The notes under the pieces are model-generated. The model ran no database searches, was not told the origin of the DNA, and was given only the letters and a program-made list of their open reading frames with translations. Below, piece after piece: positions 63,184 to 64,000 of a stretch of DNA of 64,000 nucleotides. A program made the translations under genes and the position numbers. This DNA comes from a virus. Numbering within the stretch: position 1 is the stretch's first letter; the number at the start of each line of letters is the position of its first letter. The DNA lies in the IMG/VR virus record IMGVR_UViG_3300027777_000023, positions 32,001 through 96,000 of that record; one strand, given 5' to 3'.

Positions 63184-64000
63184 TTACTGTTGTTGAGGTT
63201 GTGCTGCTTGTTGTTTTGCTCCTGACAATCCCTGAGATTTAGATTGGGATGTCATTTGTTCGAGCTGTGCCTTTACCTGGGCGTATAACTCCTGGTCTTG
63301 TCCTTTAATTTGTTGTAGTTGTTCTCTGCGCTGTGCTCCGTCTAGAGGGAATAACTGCTGTGCGAGCTGCTGGGCCTTTTCCAGAGCGTCTTGAGGTGTA
63401 CCACCACCACCACCTCCACCAGGCTGCCCTGGTTGACCGCCTTGCTGCTGTCCCTGAAGCATCTGCATGAGATTCTGCTGCGTAGCCTGAGCAATCTGAT
63501 CTTTTTCTTTTTCTTCTTCTTGAATTTCCTGAGTAACGCGATCTTCGTGCATCTTTTTGCGTACCTGATCTTCGTAGTCGAAGTTGTATAGTTTGAGAAG
63601 CTCGCTTCTTGCGATAGAGTTTGCTGAAACTAACTGACCGATTACAGATTTGCGTTCCATATCGTCAGAGAACGTAATCGGAATTAACGATATCTTGGCT
63701 TTAGGCAATCCCATGATGTTACCCACAACCGTACCTACATGTGTAAGTAATTTGTTGTAGTTTGCTGGAATAACACTCCAAGCATTTTCAAACATACGAA
63801 GCATTGGTCCGGCGGCCTGTTGTTGAAAGGTCATTTCAAACATTTCCACAGGTACATCTAATGCATTAAGAATCATTTTTTTAGCGTACTCCATCATTTC
63901 TGTGGGTGCTAGCTTTGTACCTTCACCACCAAGTTGCTGATAATTCAACGGAAACGCGAACTTATGATACGAGCCTGGATCTCTTCTATGCTCTTCAATC
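63184..64000 (-). CDS. Probable portal protein, C-terminal part (5' end outside window)
   Basis: Frame open to the window edge; YQQLGGEG..I.NAL.VP.E, Gln/Gly-rich tail; upstream of late lysis genes. Confidence 0.6.
   Translation of the reverse strand, partial: IEEHRRDPGSYHKFAFPLNYQQLGGEGTKLAPTEMMEYAKKMILNALDVPVEMFEMTFQQQAAGPMLRMFENAWSVIPANYNKLLTHVGTVVGNIMGLPKAKISLIPITFSDDMERKSVIGQLVSANSIARSELLKLYNFDYEDQVRKKMHEDRVTQEIQEEEKEKDQIAQATQQNLMQMLQGQQQGGQPGQPGGGGGGGTPQDALEKAQQLAQQLFPLDGAQRREQLQQIKGQDQELYAQVKAQLEQMTSQSKSQGLSGAKQQAAQPQQQ

Noticed and set aside
1-64000. CRISPR array, rRNA, IS transposase, integrase, reverse transcriptase/DGR
   Set aside because: No regularly spaced repeats or diagnostic motifs seen by eye.

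Overview
A 64 kb fragment of a large dsDNA tailed-phage genome (standard genetic code, probably a diderm host judging by a spanin-like lipoprotein). It starts inside a tmRNA with an unusually long tag, followed by a tRNA-Ile2(CAU) split by an Azoarcus-type group I intron and an antisense HNH gene. Next come a terminase large subunit and two AAA+ ATPases; one is Ycf46-like, split at Walker A by a LAGLIDADG-bearing group I intron, and heads a DUF3150/DUF1257/DUF2997-like module. There is a full replication/recombination/repair set (SbcCD-like pair, UvsE, SF2 helicase, primase, DnaB, sigma factor, UDG-PolA, SSB-like, RecA-like, RuvC-like, HhH glycosylase, DNA ligase), an RNA-repair kit (PseT-like Pnk, two RNA ligases), tRNA-Thr and two long arrays of small hypothetical genes. 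The window ends with a minus-strand lysis cassette and a probable portal C-terminus. Most interesting: (1) a phage-encoded four-gene ubiquitin-like conjugation cassette at 35142-38791 (Ubl ending LRGG-AAQE, a 726-aa protein with a C-terminal Cys domain, a JAB protease and an E1/ThiF enzyme); (2) a tRNA group I intron ending in A instead of the conserved omega-G; (3) a CCG-TGA-CCG insertion in the Pnk P-loop that only stop-hopping would repair. All family calls are by eye from motifs; no searches were run.
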